A DNA stretch of 41,636 nucleotides from a virus. Lineage: Duplodnaviria > Caudoviricetes. Both the position numbers and the translations under genes were made by a program. Where the stretch lies: positions 1 through 41,636 of the IMG/VR virus record IMGVR_UViG_3300017780_003067. One strand, 5' to 3'. The notes under the pieces were generated by a model. The model saw only the letters and a list, made by a program, of their open reading frames with translations, did not search any database and was not told the DNA's origin. The number at the start of each line of letters is the position of its first letter. The stretch's first letter is position 1. This document shows, in pieces, positions 15,009 through 23,970 of the stretch.

Positions 15009-15135
15009 TATATTTGTAACGCAATGCAATAGCAAAGCCTTTTCGTCTGGAAGCGAACTGCAAGAACTTGTCTTAACGACAAATAAACCTCGATTTACAT
15101 CGTCTTCCAGCGGTGTTTTTCGGGGTTTTTTATTT
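15009..15135 (+). promoter_or_regulatory. Promoter plus structured leader/terminator upstream of replication genes
   Basis: TATATTTG (15009-15016); hairpin AAACCTCGA...TCGGGGTTT plus U-tract; loop CTTCCAG (15104-15110) complements CTGGAAG (15047-15053). Confidence 0.6.
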
Positions 15136-15142
15136 TAATACA

Positions 15143-15415
15143 ATGGAAGAAATACAATGCAAAGCCTGTTATTCTAAGGAATACATAACAGAAAAATCAG
15201 GGCAACACATAAAAGCGGTTTGTGCCAAATGTGGTACTTACATCAAGTTCTTGCCTCAAAACAATCCGATTGAGCGGATGCCATTTGGTAAGTTTAAGGA
15301 TACGCCAATAAAAGAGGTTGACGATAAAAAATATCTTTTATGGGTACTTGATAAATGCCAAGTAAAAGGTTCTTTGAAACTTGCAATTGAGAATCGTATT
15401 AAGTATTTGAACTAA
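15143..15415 (+). CDS. Zn-ribbon plus MPFGK-motif (DUF3820-like) protein
   Basis: CKAC...CAKC, then MPFGKFKDTPIKEV...YLLW. Confidence 0.7.
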   Translation: MEEIQCKACYSKEYITEKSGQHIKAVCAKCGTYIKFLPQNNPIERMPFGKFKDTPIKEVDDKKYLLWVLDKCQVKGSLKLAIENRIKYLN

Positions 15416-16221
15416 TGAATGGATATGAATTAAGTCGTAATTGGTGGGATTTTTGTTTTGAAAATCCTGAAAAAATTAATCCAAATCATTCTGCAATATA
15501 TTTCTTTGCAATTGAGCATTGTAACCGTTTGGGATGGAAGTCTAAATTTGGATTTCCTACACAAATGGCTATGGATGCAATTGGTATCAAAAAACATGAA
15601 ACATACATTAAATATTTCTATGATTTATGTAATTGGGGTTTCTTTATTTTGGTTCAAAAATCAACAAATCAATATTCTAGTAATATAATAAGCCTATCAA
15701 ATGGAATTACAAAAAACGGTAAAGCATTGGGTAATGCAATTCTAAAGCATGTCGAAAGCACAGGGGAAAGCACATGGGAAAGCAATAATAGTATAGATAA
15801 ACCAGTAACAAAGAACCTTAAACATAATAAACAATCAAACAATACATCACTTGCAAGTGATGTGATGATTGCTTTTAATAATATTTCAGGAAAAGATTTA
15901 CAATTGCTTGATTCAAGGAAAAAAGATATTGATTCAAGAATAAAAGAAAATTTTACTATTGAAGATTTTAAGATAGTCATTGAACACAAATGGAAGCAAT
16001 GGGGGAATGACGAAAAAATGTCTACACACTTTAAGCCTGAAACTTTATTTTGTAAAAAGCATTTTGCTAGTTATTTAGAAGATGCTAAAACAAAAACATT
16101 AAAATTAGTAAACTCTACAAAAGGAAAAGAACCAAATCCAGACCATTACGCAAACGAAGAAACTTACTTATTTGCTTGCAGAAATGCAGGAGTAACTCCA
16201 AAAGACTACTACAATGCTTGA
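15415..16221 (+). CDS. Phage replication initiator protein
   Basis: N-terminal wHTH-like region, iteron-coded linker, C-terminal FTIEDFKIVI...W...KPETLF domain. Confidence 0.75.
   Translation: MNGYELSRNWWDFCFENPEKINPNHSAIYFFAIEHCNRLGWKSKFGFPTQMAMDAIGIKKHETYIKYFYDLCNWGFFILVQKSTNQYSSNIISLSNGITKNGKALGNAILKHVESTGESTWESNNSIDKPVTKNLKHNKQSNNTSLASDVMIAFNNISGKDLQLLDSRKKDIDSRIKENFTIEDFKIVIEHKWKQWGNDEKMSTHFKPETLFCKKHFASYLEDAKTKTLKLVNSTKGKEPNPDHYANEETYLFACRNAGVTPKDYYNA
15721..15784 (+). repeat. Putative origin iterons inside the initiator gene
   Basis: AAAGCA (one AATGCA) at 15721, 15733, 15744, 15755, 15767, 15779, spaced 11-12 bp and followed by an A-rich tract. Confidence 0.6.
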
Positions 16222-18154
16222 AAATAAAATAACAATATTTAAAAACATACTAGAATTAGAGCCTAATTATATCACAATTAAACAGGCACTAGATAGGATA
16301 AAAAATGGGAAAAGTAAGCAAAAGGTAGTTGCTATTAGGAACGCAAAAACAAAAGACGAAACGCAAAAACTGAAAAAGGATTTACCAAGCGTGTGTTTTT
16401 CGGGTGTGTTTCCAAAAGGTAGAAAGGACGCTGAAATAATAGAACATTCAGGATTTATGGTTTTAGATTTTGACGATGTAGATAATATTTATGAATATAA
16501 GACAAAGCTATTTGAATTAAAATATGTGTTGTCTACATGGGTAAGTCCGAGTGGTAATGGAGTAAAAGCATTAGTTCGTATTGCAGATGGTAAAAAACAT
16601 CGAGAACATTTTGAAGCATTACGAGACTTAATACCTGAAATTGACCGATCAGGTATTAATGTTAGTCGTGTTTGTTACGAGTCATTTGACGAAGATATTT
16701 TTATAAAAGAAACATGTGAGCCTTTTGCAAAATACAAGATTGTCGAAACATACAAAGAGCAAAAGAGACAACCAACAAACAATGACACTTTCGAGAAAAT
16801 ACTAAAATGGCTTACAGGTCGTGGGGATGCTTTCAGAACTGGTTCGAGAAACATGTTTGTATTTAAACTTGCTTCTGCATGTTGTCGGTTTGGTCTTGCC
16901 GAAAGTGAATGTTCAAGCAATATAGTTTTTTCGTTTTTAAACGGTTCTAATGATTTTACTACAAAAGAGTGTGAACAAACGGTTGCGTCAGCCTACAGGT
17001 GCAATTCCGCAAGTTACAACACCGCTTTTTTCTCTGATTCTATTTTGGTTAGTAGAGGAACGATGAAAGAGGTTGAAATTGACGAATCAATTTATGATTT
17101 AGAAGTAAAACCAAAGGATGTATTTTTTGGTGAGGATGTAAAAAAAGATGCACTTAATATTTTCCATTATGGACATAAATCGGCAACTTCTACATACATG
17201 GGTAGAGTTGATTATCACTTCAAATGGAAGCGAGGTGAAATAACAGCAGAAAGCGGTATCGGTAATTATGGCAAAAGCACTATTTTAAAATACATGTTAT
17301 TATTAAAAGTTGTAGTTGAAAACGTAAAGATTGCGCTTTTTGTGCCAGAAGATTTTCCAGCAGAAGAGTTTTATCATACATTAGTCGAAATGTATTGCGG
17401 TTGTGATTGTACTCCAAAAAATCCAAATAAACCATCTACTGAATATTATGATGCTGTTTATGATTTTGTTTCGGCTCACTTCTTTTTTGTTTATCCAAAA
17501 ACAATTTCACCAACTCCGCAATATATAAAGGAAAGGTTCTTAGAATTAATAATTAAGCGTGACGTTTCGTTTTGTGTTGTTGATCCATTTAATCAAATGA
17601 GTAATAATTATGCAATTGTTGGTGGAAAAATAGACCAGTATCTTGAAATTACATTAGCTGAATTTGGGCAATTTACAAGGGATAATAATATTCATTTTAT
17701 CATTGTGTTGCATCCTAATTCAGAAGCATTAAAGAAACTGCCAGATGGCAATTATAACATGCCACACGTAGGTAATTTCGCAGGTGGTGCAATGTGGAAT
17801 AATAAGATGGATAACATATTTGTCTATCACAGACCATTAAGAGAATCAGAGCCAGAAAATCCAATTTGCGAATTAAGATTTATCAAAATAAAAAGACAGT
17901 CAATAGTAGGAATCCCTGGGCTATTACAATTTGAGATGAGTAACAGATCAAAGCGTTTTATTGTAGATGGTGAAGATTGGTTACAGATTGCAATTGATAG
18001 AAATTCAAAAGAACAAACTAAAACAATTCATCAAGAAGTAGTTCAGATGGCTAAATATGATGAACTACCAGAAAAGCCTATCAATGTACTTGATTTAGCA
18101 GTACTAAACAGAAACGAAATAATACTAACCGATAACGAAGAATGCCCATTTTAA
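16214..18154 (+). CDS. Primase-helicase (VirE-N/BT4734-like AEP + PriCT + SF4 helicase)
   Basis: HSGFMVLDFD, SPSGNGVK, R-x-CYESFD; GSRN; Walker A GIGNYGKS; VVDPFN; GGAMWNNKMDN. Confidence 0.85.
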   Translation: MLENKITIFKNILELEPNYITIKQALDRIKNGKSKQKVVAIRNAKTKDETQKLKKDLPSVCFSGVFPKGRKDAEIIEHSGFMVLDFDDVDNIYEYKTKLFELKYVLSTWVSPSGNGVKALVRIADGKKHREHFEALRDLIPEIDRSGINVSRVCYESFDEDIFIKETCEPFAKYKIVETYKEQKRQPTNNDTFEKILKWLTGRGDAFRTGSRNMFVFKLASACCRFGLAESECSSNIVFSFLNGSNDFTTKECEQTVASAYRCNSASYNTAFFSDSILVSRGTMKEVEIDESIYDLEVKPKDVFFGEDVKKDALNIFHYGHKSATSTYMGRVDYHFKWKRGEITAESGIGNYGKSTILKYMLLLKVVVENVKIALFVPEDFPAEEFYHTLVEMYCGCDCTPKNPNKPSTEYYDAVYDFVSAHFFFVYPKTISPTPQYIKERFLELIIKRDVSFCVVDPFNQMSNNYAIVGGKIDQYLEITLAEFGQFTRDNNIHFIIVLHPNSEALKKLPDGNYNMPHVGNFAGGAMWNNKMDNIFVYHRPLRESEPENPICELRFIKIKRQSIVGIPGLLQFEMSNRSKRFIVDGEDWLQIAIDRNSKEQTKTIHQEVVQMAKYDELPEKPINVLDLAVLNRNEIILTDNEECPF

Positions 18155-18156
18155 TT

Positions 18157-18453
18157 ATGACACTACAAGAAATAAAAACAATAGTTTGCGAGTCGTTTCA
18201 AATTGAAGAAAACGACTTTGTAATATTTGGCAGACAGATAACACACTCTTACGCTCGCTTTGCTTACTTTGTCCTTTGTCGAAAGCATACACTAGAGACA
18301 CTTAAAACCATCGGTGAGAGTGTACAAATGAAACATCAAAACGTAGACAAGGGAATCAAAAGACATGGTGAACTAATCGAAAAAAGAAAAGATTATGCCT
18401 TAGCTTATCGTAATGCGGATGCAAGGGTTAAACAATTGAGAAACAACGATTAA
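18157..18453 (+). CDS. DnaA C-terminal-like HTH protein
   Basis: IVCESF...AR...LCRKHT..TLKTIG....HQNV. Confidence 0.7.
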   Translation: MTLQEIKTIVCESFQIEENDFVIFGRQITHSYARFAYFVLCRKHTLETLKTIGESVQMKHQNVDKGIKRHGELIEKRKDYALAYRNADARVKQLRNND

Positions 18454-18498
18454 GGAGTGATTTACTAGAATAAGGGAAGAAACAATAATTTAATAAAA

Positions 18499-18741
18499 AT
18501 GATACGACAAATCACAATACCCATAGAACACGAGGAATTTATGGATGCAGTACTCAAAGAAATGAGCCTAACATGCGACAAAAAGCCGCTTGCAAGTTCG
18601 GCTTACTATCCAGAACCAGACCAAAGCAAGAAAAGTAAAAGCTACTTGATGTACGACATAAAAGTAAATGAAACACTAGCTTATGTCATTGGAATGAAGG
18701 TAGAACGCAAAATAAACGAATCATGCAAGACAGAATTGTAG
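18499..18741 (+). CDS. Hypothetical protein
   Basis: 80-aa ORF in operon order. Confidence 0.6.
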   Translation: MIRQITIPIEHEEFMDAVLKEMSLTCDKKPLASSAYYPEPDQSKKSKSYLMYDIKVNETLAYVIGMKVERKINESCKTEL

Positions 18742-18932
18742 AAATAGTAGTAAACAGATTTATCCAGCGGTCGGAACTTGGAATAAAGAAATACGGAACT
18801 ACTTTAGACAAGAACGAACTCCCTTTAATTGACTGGTTACAGCATTCGATAGAGGAGAAAATGGACGACATACTTTACATGCAAAGGGCAATTGAAGAAA
18901 TTAAGGCAAAGGAATTAAAAGAAAAGTTATGA
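18723..18932 (+). CDS. Conserved phage protein, all-alpha NTP-pyrophosphatase-like
   Basis: RSELGIKKYGTTLD...WLQHSIEEKMDDILY (EExxD pattern). Confidence 0.6.
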   Translation: MQDRIVEIVVNRFIQRSELGIKKYGTTLDKNELPLIDWLQHSIEEKMDDILYMQRAIEEIKAKELKEKL

Positions 18933-19312
18933 AAACGACAGCGGAAAAAATAGCAGTAATGCAAGCTTATGAAGATGGAAAGAAAATTCAGGTAGATTTT
19001 GATTTTGGAACATCTACTACTTTTGTGGTAAAAACTATAAATGGAGAATTAGAATGGGATTGGAAATATACTTTATATTCTATTGTAGAAGAACAGCAAA
19101 GAGTACCTTTTGATTATACAGACATCCAAAACTTATTATGGAAAAAGTTTAAGCATAAAAACGATAGGTACGAAGAAGTTTTTTGCGTAGGTGCTAATGA
19201 AGTAGGTGTAATATTGCCATGCAAAAAAGTAATTTATAACGAATTGTCTGAACATTGGCTAAAATGGAACGACCTATTAAAAGTTTGGGAAGAGTGTAGT
19301 AAAGTAAAATAG
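18929..19312 (+). CDS. Hypothetical phage protein
   Basis: IAVMQAYEDGKKIQ...WDW; ATGA overlap. Confidence 0.75.
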   Translation: MKTTAEKIAVMQAYEDGKKIQVDFDFGTSTTFVVKTINGELEWDWKYTLYSIVEEQQRVPFDYTDIQNLLWKKFKHKNDRYEEVFCVGANEVGVILPCKKVIYNELSEHWLKWNDLLKVWEECSKVK

Positions 19313-19318
19313 TTTTGA

Positions 19319-19422
19319 TATATTTGCATTGTGATTGCTCGCAACAATCGAAGATATTGCCGAAAAGTGAAGACCAACGGTAATTTTCCTAAAGCCTAGA
19401 TGTTGCGAGCGTCTGGGCTTTT
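19319..19422 (+). ncRNA. Putative structured small RNA, copy B
   Basis: Own -7 TATATTTG; hairpin ATTGCCG-AAAAGTGAAGACCAA-CGGTAAT; terminator AAAGCCTAGAT/GTCTGGGCTTT; TGTTGCGAGC (19401-19410) complements GCTCGCAACA (19337-19346). Confidence 0.65.
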
Positions 19423-19610
19423 CTGTTTAGTAGCCGTTCCAAAACACTAGCAACAAAATAATTAATAATTTGTATATTTGCTTATTTAGATTCTGTATAA
19501 ATAAGTAATATTTGTGAATATTTTCGTAATGATTGTAACATGTGTCAAATATTACCGTATATTTGTATCAGATAACAGCAACGAAGCGGTTATTCTTAAA
19601 TAAAAAGACA

Positions 19611-19979
19611 ATGACAACTTTCACAATCAGAGACAAAGAATCAGGTAACGTAATCGAATCAGGTCTTTCAGAAATTGAAGTAAAACAAAGACTTCAAGAG
19701 TTAGAAGATGAGGACAAAGCAGATGGATCATTCACAATTGATTTCTACGAAATAGTAGAAGATAAAATGGAAAGCAACGCATTAACAGTTCAAAATCTTA
19801 TCGCCATTTTTAGAAGAGAAAATTCTGAATTAGAAACTAAATATTTCAGAACACAAACTAGATTTGATGACTATATCGCCTCTTTTTGTAAAGAAGGTGG
19901 TTATGTAGAAAAGGAATTGACTGAAGATCAATTAGCAGAACAGGCATTTAATTTCTTAGAATACGATTATAATGCTTAA
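19611..19979 (+). CDS. Acidic hypothetical protein (moron-like, own promoter)
   Basis: TATATTTG at 19558-19565; probable start MTTFTIRDKESG. Confidence 0.75.
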   Translation: MTTFTIRDKESGNVIESGLSEIEVKQRLQELEDEDKADGSFTIDFYEIVEDKMESNALTVQNLIAIFRRENSELETKYFRTQTRFDDYIASFCKEGGYVEKELTEDQLAEQAFNFLEYDYNA

Positions 19980-20142
19980 CTGTATTATTCTGACAAAGGA
20001 AGAGGAAAAGCCTGAGTGCTTTTCCAACCTTTCCAAAATGGCAAAAGCGAAGGGAGTAAATGTTCGCAAATACGATTCAAAAGAGTTCCCTTTTTTGATA
20101 ACCGAAACAGGGCAAACATGCTGGAAACTACCACGTTTATAA
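19972..20142 (+). CDS. Small hypothetical protein (56 aa, not in ORF track)
   Basis: MLNCIILTKEEEKPECFSNLSKMAKAKGVNVRKY...LPRL; overlaps the upstream stop. Confidence 0.55.
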   Translation: MLNCIILTKEEEKPECFSNLSKMAKAKGVNVRKYDSKEFPFLITETGQTCWKLPRL

Positions 20143-20148
20143 TAAATT

Positions 20149-20832
20149 ATGGAAGATTTTGAAATTGATAATATTGAAGATTTTAACCTAGAATTAGAAT
20201 TTGAAATTGAAGAGGTATTTGAAACAAGATACATAAAGCCGCCAAGATCAAAAGAAAGGGCAGCTCATTTACTAAAGTACGACAACGCAAAAAAACTAGC
20301 GCAAGATTTAAAGCCAACAAAAGGCATGTGCGCTCACGTCATTGTAAATGGCTCGTTTATATTTGGAGACTTTGTAGAGTGTTTTCTTGTAGAAAATGGC
20401 ATAATAGCAAAGAAAATGACACTTTCAACACTATCAATGGGTTACGAAAGTGTAGATAGCTTGCTCGAATTAATGGAAACTGGCTATATACAAAACCTAG
20501 ATTTAATAGTTTCAGGATTTCATTTTTCTCACAAACGCCATACTATTGTTCAATATACTTACGACCATTTAGACATAGAAGATCGTTTTCAACTGGCAGT
20601 TGCAGACTCACATACAAAAGTATGCCTAATAGAAACAGAACATGGGAATAAAGTTGTAATAAAAGGAAGCGCAAATCTGATAAGTTCTGGATGTATAGAA
20701 GAGTTCTCAATAGAAGAAAATACTGAATTGTACGATTTTTATTATCTTTACCACCAAAATATCGTAGAAGTCTATAAAACAATAGATAAAACGGTAAGAG
20801 GTAAAAAACTTTGGAACGCTATTAAAAATTAA
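20149..20832 (+). CDS. Phospholipase D-superfamily (single HxK) nuclease-like protein
   Basis: SHTKVCLI...VVIKGSANL. Confidence 0.7.
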   Translation: MEDFEIDNIEDFNLELEFEIEEVFETRYIKPPRSKERAAHLLKYDNAKKLAQDLKPTKGMCAHVIVNGSFIFGDFVECFLVENGIIAKKMTLSTLSMGYESVDSLLELMETGYIQNLDLIVSGFHFSHKRHTIVQYTYDHLDIEDRFQLAVADSHTKVCLIETEHGNKVVIKGSANLISSGCIEEFSIEENTELYDFYYLYHQNIVEVYKTIDKTVRGKKLWNAIKN

Positions 20833-20836
20833 AATT

Positions 20837-20965
20837 ATGGCAGCATATGCAAAAGGGATGAGCAGGAAGCAAGCAATTGCAGCTAAAAGAGGAGAAACAA
20901 AAACACCAAAAAAACGTGGATTAAGACCAGCCAAAGACAAGAAAGTGACAGGAGTTCCATTTTAG
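20837..20965 (+). CDS. Very basic 42-aa peptide (not in ORF track)
   Basis: MAAYAKGMSRKQAIAAKRGETKTPKKRGLRPAKDKKVTGVPF; exactly fills the gap before the terminase small subunit. Confidence 0.55.
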   Translation: MAAYAKGMSRKQAIAAKRGETKTPKKRGLRPAKDKKVTGVPF

Positions 20966-20977
20966 TAAAAACTATAT

Positions 20978-21358
20978 ATGACTAAGTTGCAAGAGGTTAG
21001 AAGTGCCAAAAGTGACACTTTAAAAAAGACATTGATAGAATGCCTAGGTAGAAGTCTTGGCATAGTATCACACGCATGTAAAAAAGCAAATACAACAAGA
21101 AAGACTTTTTATCAATATTGCCAAGAAGATGCTGATTTTAAGTCAGAAGTTGACGACATCGCAGAAAACGCTATTGACTTTGCAGAATCTAAACTATTAG
21201 AATCAATAAAAAACGGTTCTGATACGGCAACTATCTTTTATCTGAAAACAAAAGGCAAAAAACGTGGGTATGTAGAAAGGTCAGAAACGGAACTTTCAGG
21301 TAAAACAGAACAAATTATTAGAGTTCGAGTACAAGGAGAAGAAAATGACAACGATTAA
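20978..21358 (+). CDS. terS: Terminase small subunit
   Basis: HTH (LGIVSHACKKA...RKTFYQY), ATIFYLKTKGKKRGYVER; position upstream of terL. Confidence 0.8.
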   Translation: MTKLQEVRSAKSDTLKKTLIECLGRSLGIVSHACKKANTTRKTFYQYCQEDADFKSEVDDIAENAIDFAESKLLESIKNGSDTATIFYLKTKGKKRGYVERSETELSGKTEQIIRVRVQGEENDND

Positions 21359-21536
21359 AGAATTAGTACCATTAGCTTATTTGCTTATTTGGGCAATATT
21401 ATACGTGTTTTATCAGTTCAAACTAACTGATTCAGCAAGGTCAAGCCGTTTGTTTGTTGATTACATTCAAAAACAAAGTTGGTTTGTGTTTTTATCTTGG
21501 GGATTGTTGACGTACTTTATTGGATTAAGAATATAA
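21345..21536 (+). CDS. Small membrane protein with two hydrophobic segments
   Basis: 63 aa, between terS and terL. Confidence 0.55.
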   Translation: MTTIKELVPLAYLLIWAILYVFYQFKLTDSARSSRLFVDYIQKQSWFVFLSWGLLTYFIGLRI

Positions 21537-21589
21537 TTAGTGTCTATAATTGCGTGTTTTTAGCTTAAAACATAGGATAAATCTAATAA

Positions 21590-23050
21590 ATGCTAATAGA
21601 GTGGGGCAAATGGGAACGACAAATAAACAAAGCATTTTTACCCTTGCTAGAATGCAGGGATAGATATGTAATTCTTTACGGCTCACGTGGTTCAAGTAAG
21701 TCCGATTTTGTTAGTAAGCAGTTAATCTACAATTGTCTTACCCATAAGTATTTTAAGTGCATTCTTTATCGTAGAACCTATAATACGATAGGGGAATCAA
21801 GTTACGAGACGATAAAGCAGAACATCATAGCGATGGGTTTAGAATCGCTATTTGAGTTCAGAAAACAACCACTAGCAATAGATTGTATAAATGGCAACAG
21901 GTTTATTGCACGTGGTGGCGATAACGCTTTAAGCCTAAAATCTATCAAAGACCCTACTTGCGTTTGGTATGAAGAGGAAGTGCCAACAGAGGAAGATTTT
22001 GCTACAATAACACTAACAATTCGGGCAACTTACGCTACAATCTTGCAGGAGTGGTTTACAATCAATCCGCAAGTCGAAGGGGATTATCAGGACAATTGGT
22101 TTTGGAAACGTTTTTTCAAAAATAGAGAAGGTTTAAGTTTTAGGACAAAAACACAAGTCGAATTACAAGATGGCGAAATAGTGGATTCGCATGTAACCGT
22201 ACATCATTCAACCTACAATGATAATCGTTGGCTAAGTAGTCAAGTAAAAGCCTTAATTGAAGGATATAAAGACACAAACGAATATCTTTATTCAGTTTAC
22301 GCAAAAGGGCTTTGGACAACAAAAGAAACAGGTGGTAATTTCTATAAACATTTCCAAAGAAGCAGACACGTTCAAAACGTAGAATACAATACAGAATTAC
22401 CTTTGCACATCAGTATAGATTTTAACGTGAATCCTTACATGACATGTGTTGTGGTTCAGATTGTAGAAAAGCAAATCAGGTGTATTGACGAAATCTGTTT
22501 GCCATATCCAAGAAACACATCTCTAGCTGTATGTGCTGAATTTAAGACTAGATACCGTACACACAATGCAGGATTGTTTGTATATGGCGATCCGCAAGGG
22601 TTAAAGAATTATACTGCAGTTAATGCAGTAGTGCGAACCAAAGAGGAAGATTACAACGAATTTGCGATTATTTTAAAAGAGCTTAAAGATTACCGACCAG
22701 TTAACCGAGTCCCACGTAGTTACCCTCCTGTTAAGCTAAGAGGGGATTTTGTTAATGCCATTTTTAACCATTGCGAGCAAGGTGTAGAAATTATAGTTTC
22801 CGAAAAATGCCCGAAATTGATTGCTGATTTTATGTATGGTAAAGAAGCAAGCGATGGAACAAAACACAAAGAGAAAGTAAAAGATTCTGAAACTGGGGTG
22901 ACTTATGAGAAATATTTTCATGCCTCGGATGCCACAGATTATTTGATTACGTCTGCTTTTAAAACAGAAATGTCCATATTTGACAAGGGAGTAAAAGGAG
23001 TTGTTTTTGAAACTATTGAACAAGAAAAGCCGTTAAGTAGGTACTTTTAA
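21590..23050 (+). CDS. terL: Terminase large subunit (PBSX-like)
   Basis: Walker A GSRGSSKS, Walker B VWYEEE, TINP, nuclease DFN...GD...HASDATDY. Confidence 0.92.
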   Translation: MLIEWGKWERQINKAFLPLLECRDRYVILYGSRGSSKSDFVSKQLIYNCLTHKYFKCILYRRTYNTIGESSYETIKQNIIAMGLESLFEFRKQPLAIDCINGNRFIARGGDNALSLKSIKDPTCVWYEEEVPTEEDFATITLTIRATYATILQEWFTINPQVEGDYQDNWFWKRFFKNREGLSFRTKTQVELQDGEIVDSHVTVHHSTYNDNRWLSSQVKALIEGYKDTNEYLYSVYAKGLWTTKETGGNFYKHFQRSRHVQNVEYNTELPLHISIDFNVNPYMTCVVVQIVEKQIRCIDEICLPYPRNTSLAVCAEFKTRYRTHNAGLFVYGDPQGLKNYTAVNAVVRTKEEDYNEFAIILKELKDYRPVNRVPRSYPPVKLRGDFVNAIFNHCEQGVEIIVSEKCPKLIADFMYGKEASDGTKHKEKVKDSETGVTYEKYFHASDATDYLITSAFKTEMSIFDKGVKGVVFETIEQEKPLSRYF

Positions 23051-23135
23051 AAGCATAACAGTAACGCATATTTTCATATAATAAAATAATTGGCACAAAA
23101 CAAAAGTGCAATCCTAGCTTTTGTAATTTTGTGTT

Positions 23136-23969
23136 ATGAGTTACTTTCTACGAGACAAAGACTATAACGGGCAAATAAGAGAGGTTAATCTTGGGCAGGT
23201 TCAAGTCGATACCGAATCAAGGCGAACGATGGAACTTGTCGCACAAGCTGAACTTACATCTTACTTGTCGAATCGCTACGAATGTGACGTTATTTTTAAA
23301 CCGTTACTTACGTTTTCGATTACTGACGAATACGCTTGGAATGATAGAATAGATTTAACAGGTTCTACATATTCGGCAGCTACTGTTTATACAAACGGTA
23401 CACGAGTTGTTTACTCAGGTAGTGTTTATGAAAAGAACGCAACTACTGGCGGTTATGTGGCAGGAACTTTGCCAACAAATGCTACTTACTTTACTTTGTT
23501 AGGAGTTGAGGGTGTTTACTACGTTACAACTCCAAGTGATTATAAAGGGCGTTTATTGTATGAAGAAACCAATCAAGTAAAATATAATGGGAACTTCTAC
23601 GAAAGAACCGCTTATGAAACAGGGGAGACATCTGGTATTTTGCCTGATAATACAACATTTTGGACGTTAATAGAAAACGATACTATTACCGTTGGGACAT
23701 TGCCAAACGATGCAACAAAATGGACGTTTGGAGACAATCGAAACCAACAAGTAAAAACATACCTAATTGATATTTGTTTGTATCATTTGCATTCAAATAT
23801 AAACCCTCGCAATATTCCGCAGTTAAGAATTGACCGTTACAATAACGCAATAAATTGGTGTAAAATGGTTAATCGTTCTGAAATAACAGCCGATTTGCCT
23901 GAAATATTACCAGTTCAAGGGCAAGTAATATCTTATTCTAGCAATACAAAACTTCCACAATATTTCTAA
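23136..23969 (+). CDS. Mu gp36/DUF1320-like head-tail adaptor with internal insertion
   Basis: N-terminal AQAELTSYLSNRY and C-terminal DICLYHLHSNINPRNIPQLRIDRYNNAINW flank about 140 aa of repeats. Confidence 0.7.
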   Translation: MSYFLRDKDYNGQIREVNLGQVQVDTESRRTMELVAQAELTSYLSNRYECDVIFKPLLTFSITDEYAWNDRIDLTGSTYSAATVYTNGTRVVYSGSVYEKNATTGGYVAGTLPTNATYFTLLGVEGVYYVTTPSDYKGRLLYEETNQVKYNGNFYERTAYETGETSGILPDNTTFWTLIENDTITVGTLPNDATKWTFGDNRNQQVKTYLIDICLYHLHSNINPRNIPQLRIDRYNNAINWCKMVNRSEITADLPEILPVQGQVISYSSNTKLPQYF

Positions 23970-23970
23970 G

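Noticed and set aside
23051-23070. GCATAACA after terL as a possible 13th attC
   Set aside because: No inverted-repeat stem linking it to a downstream GTTA.
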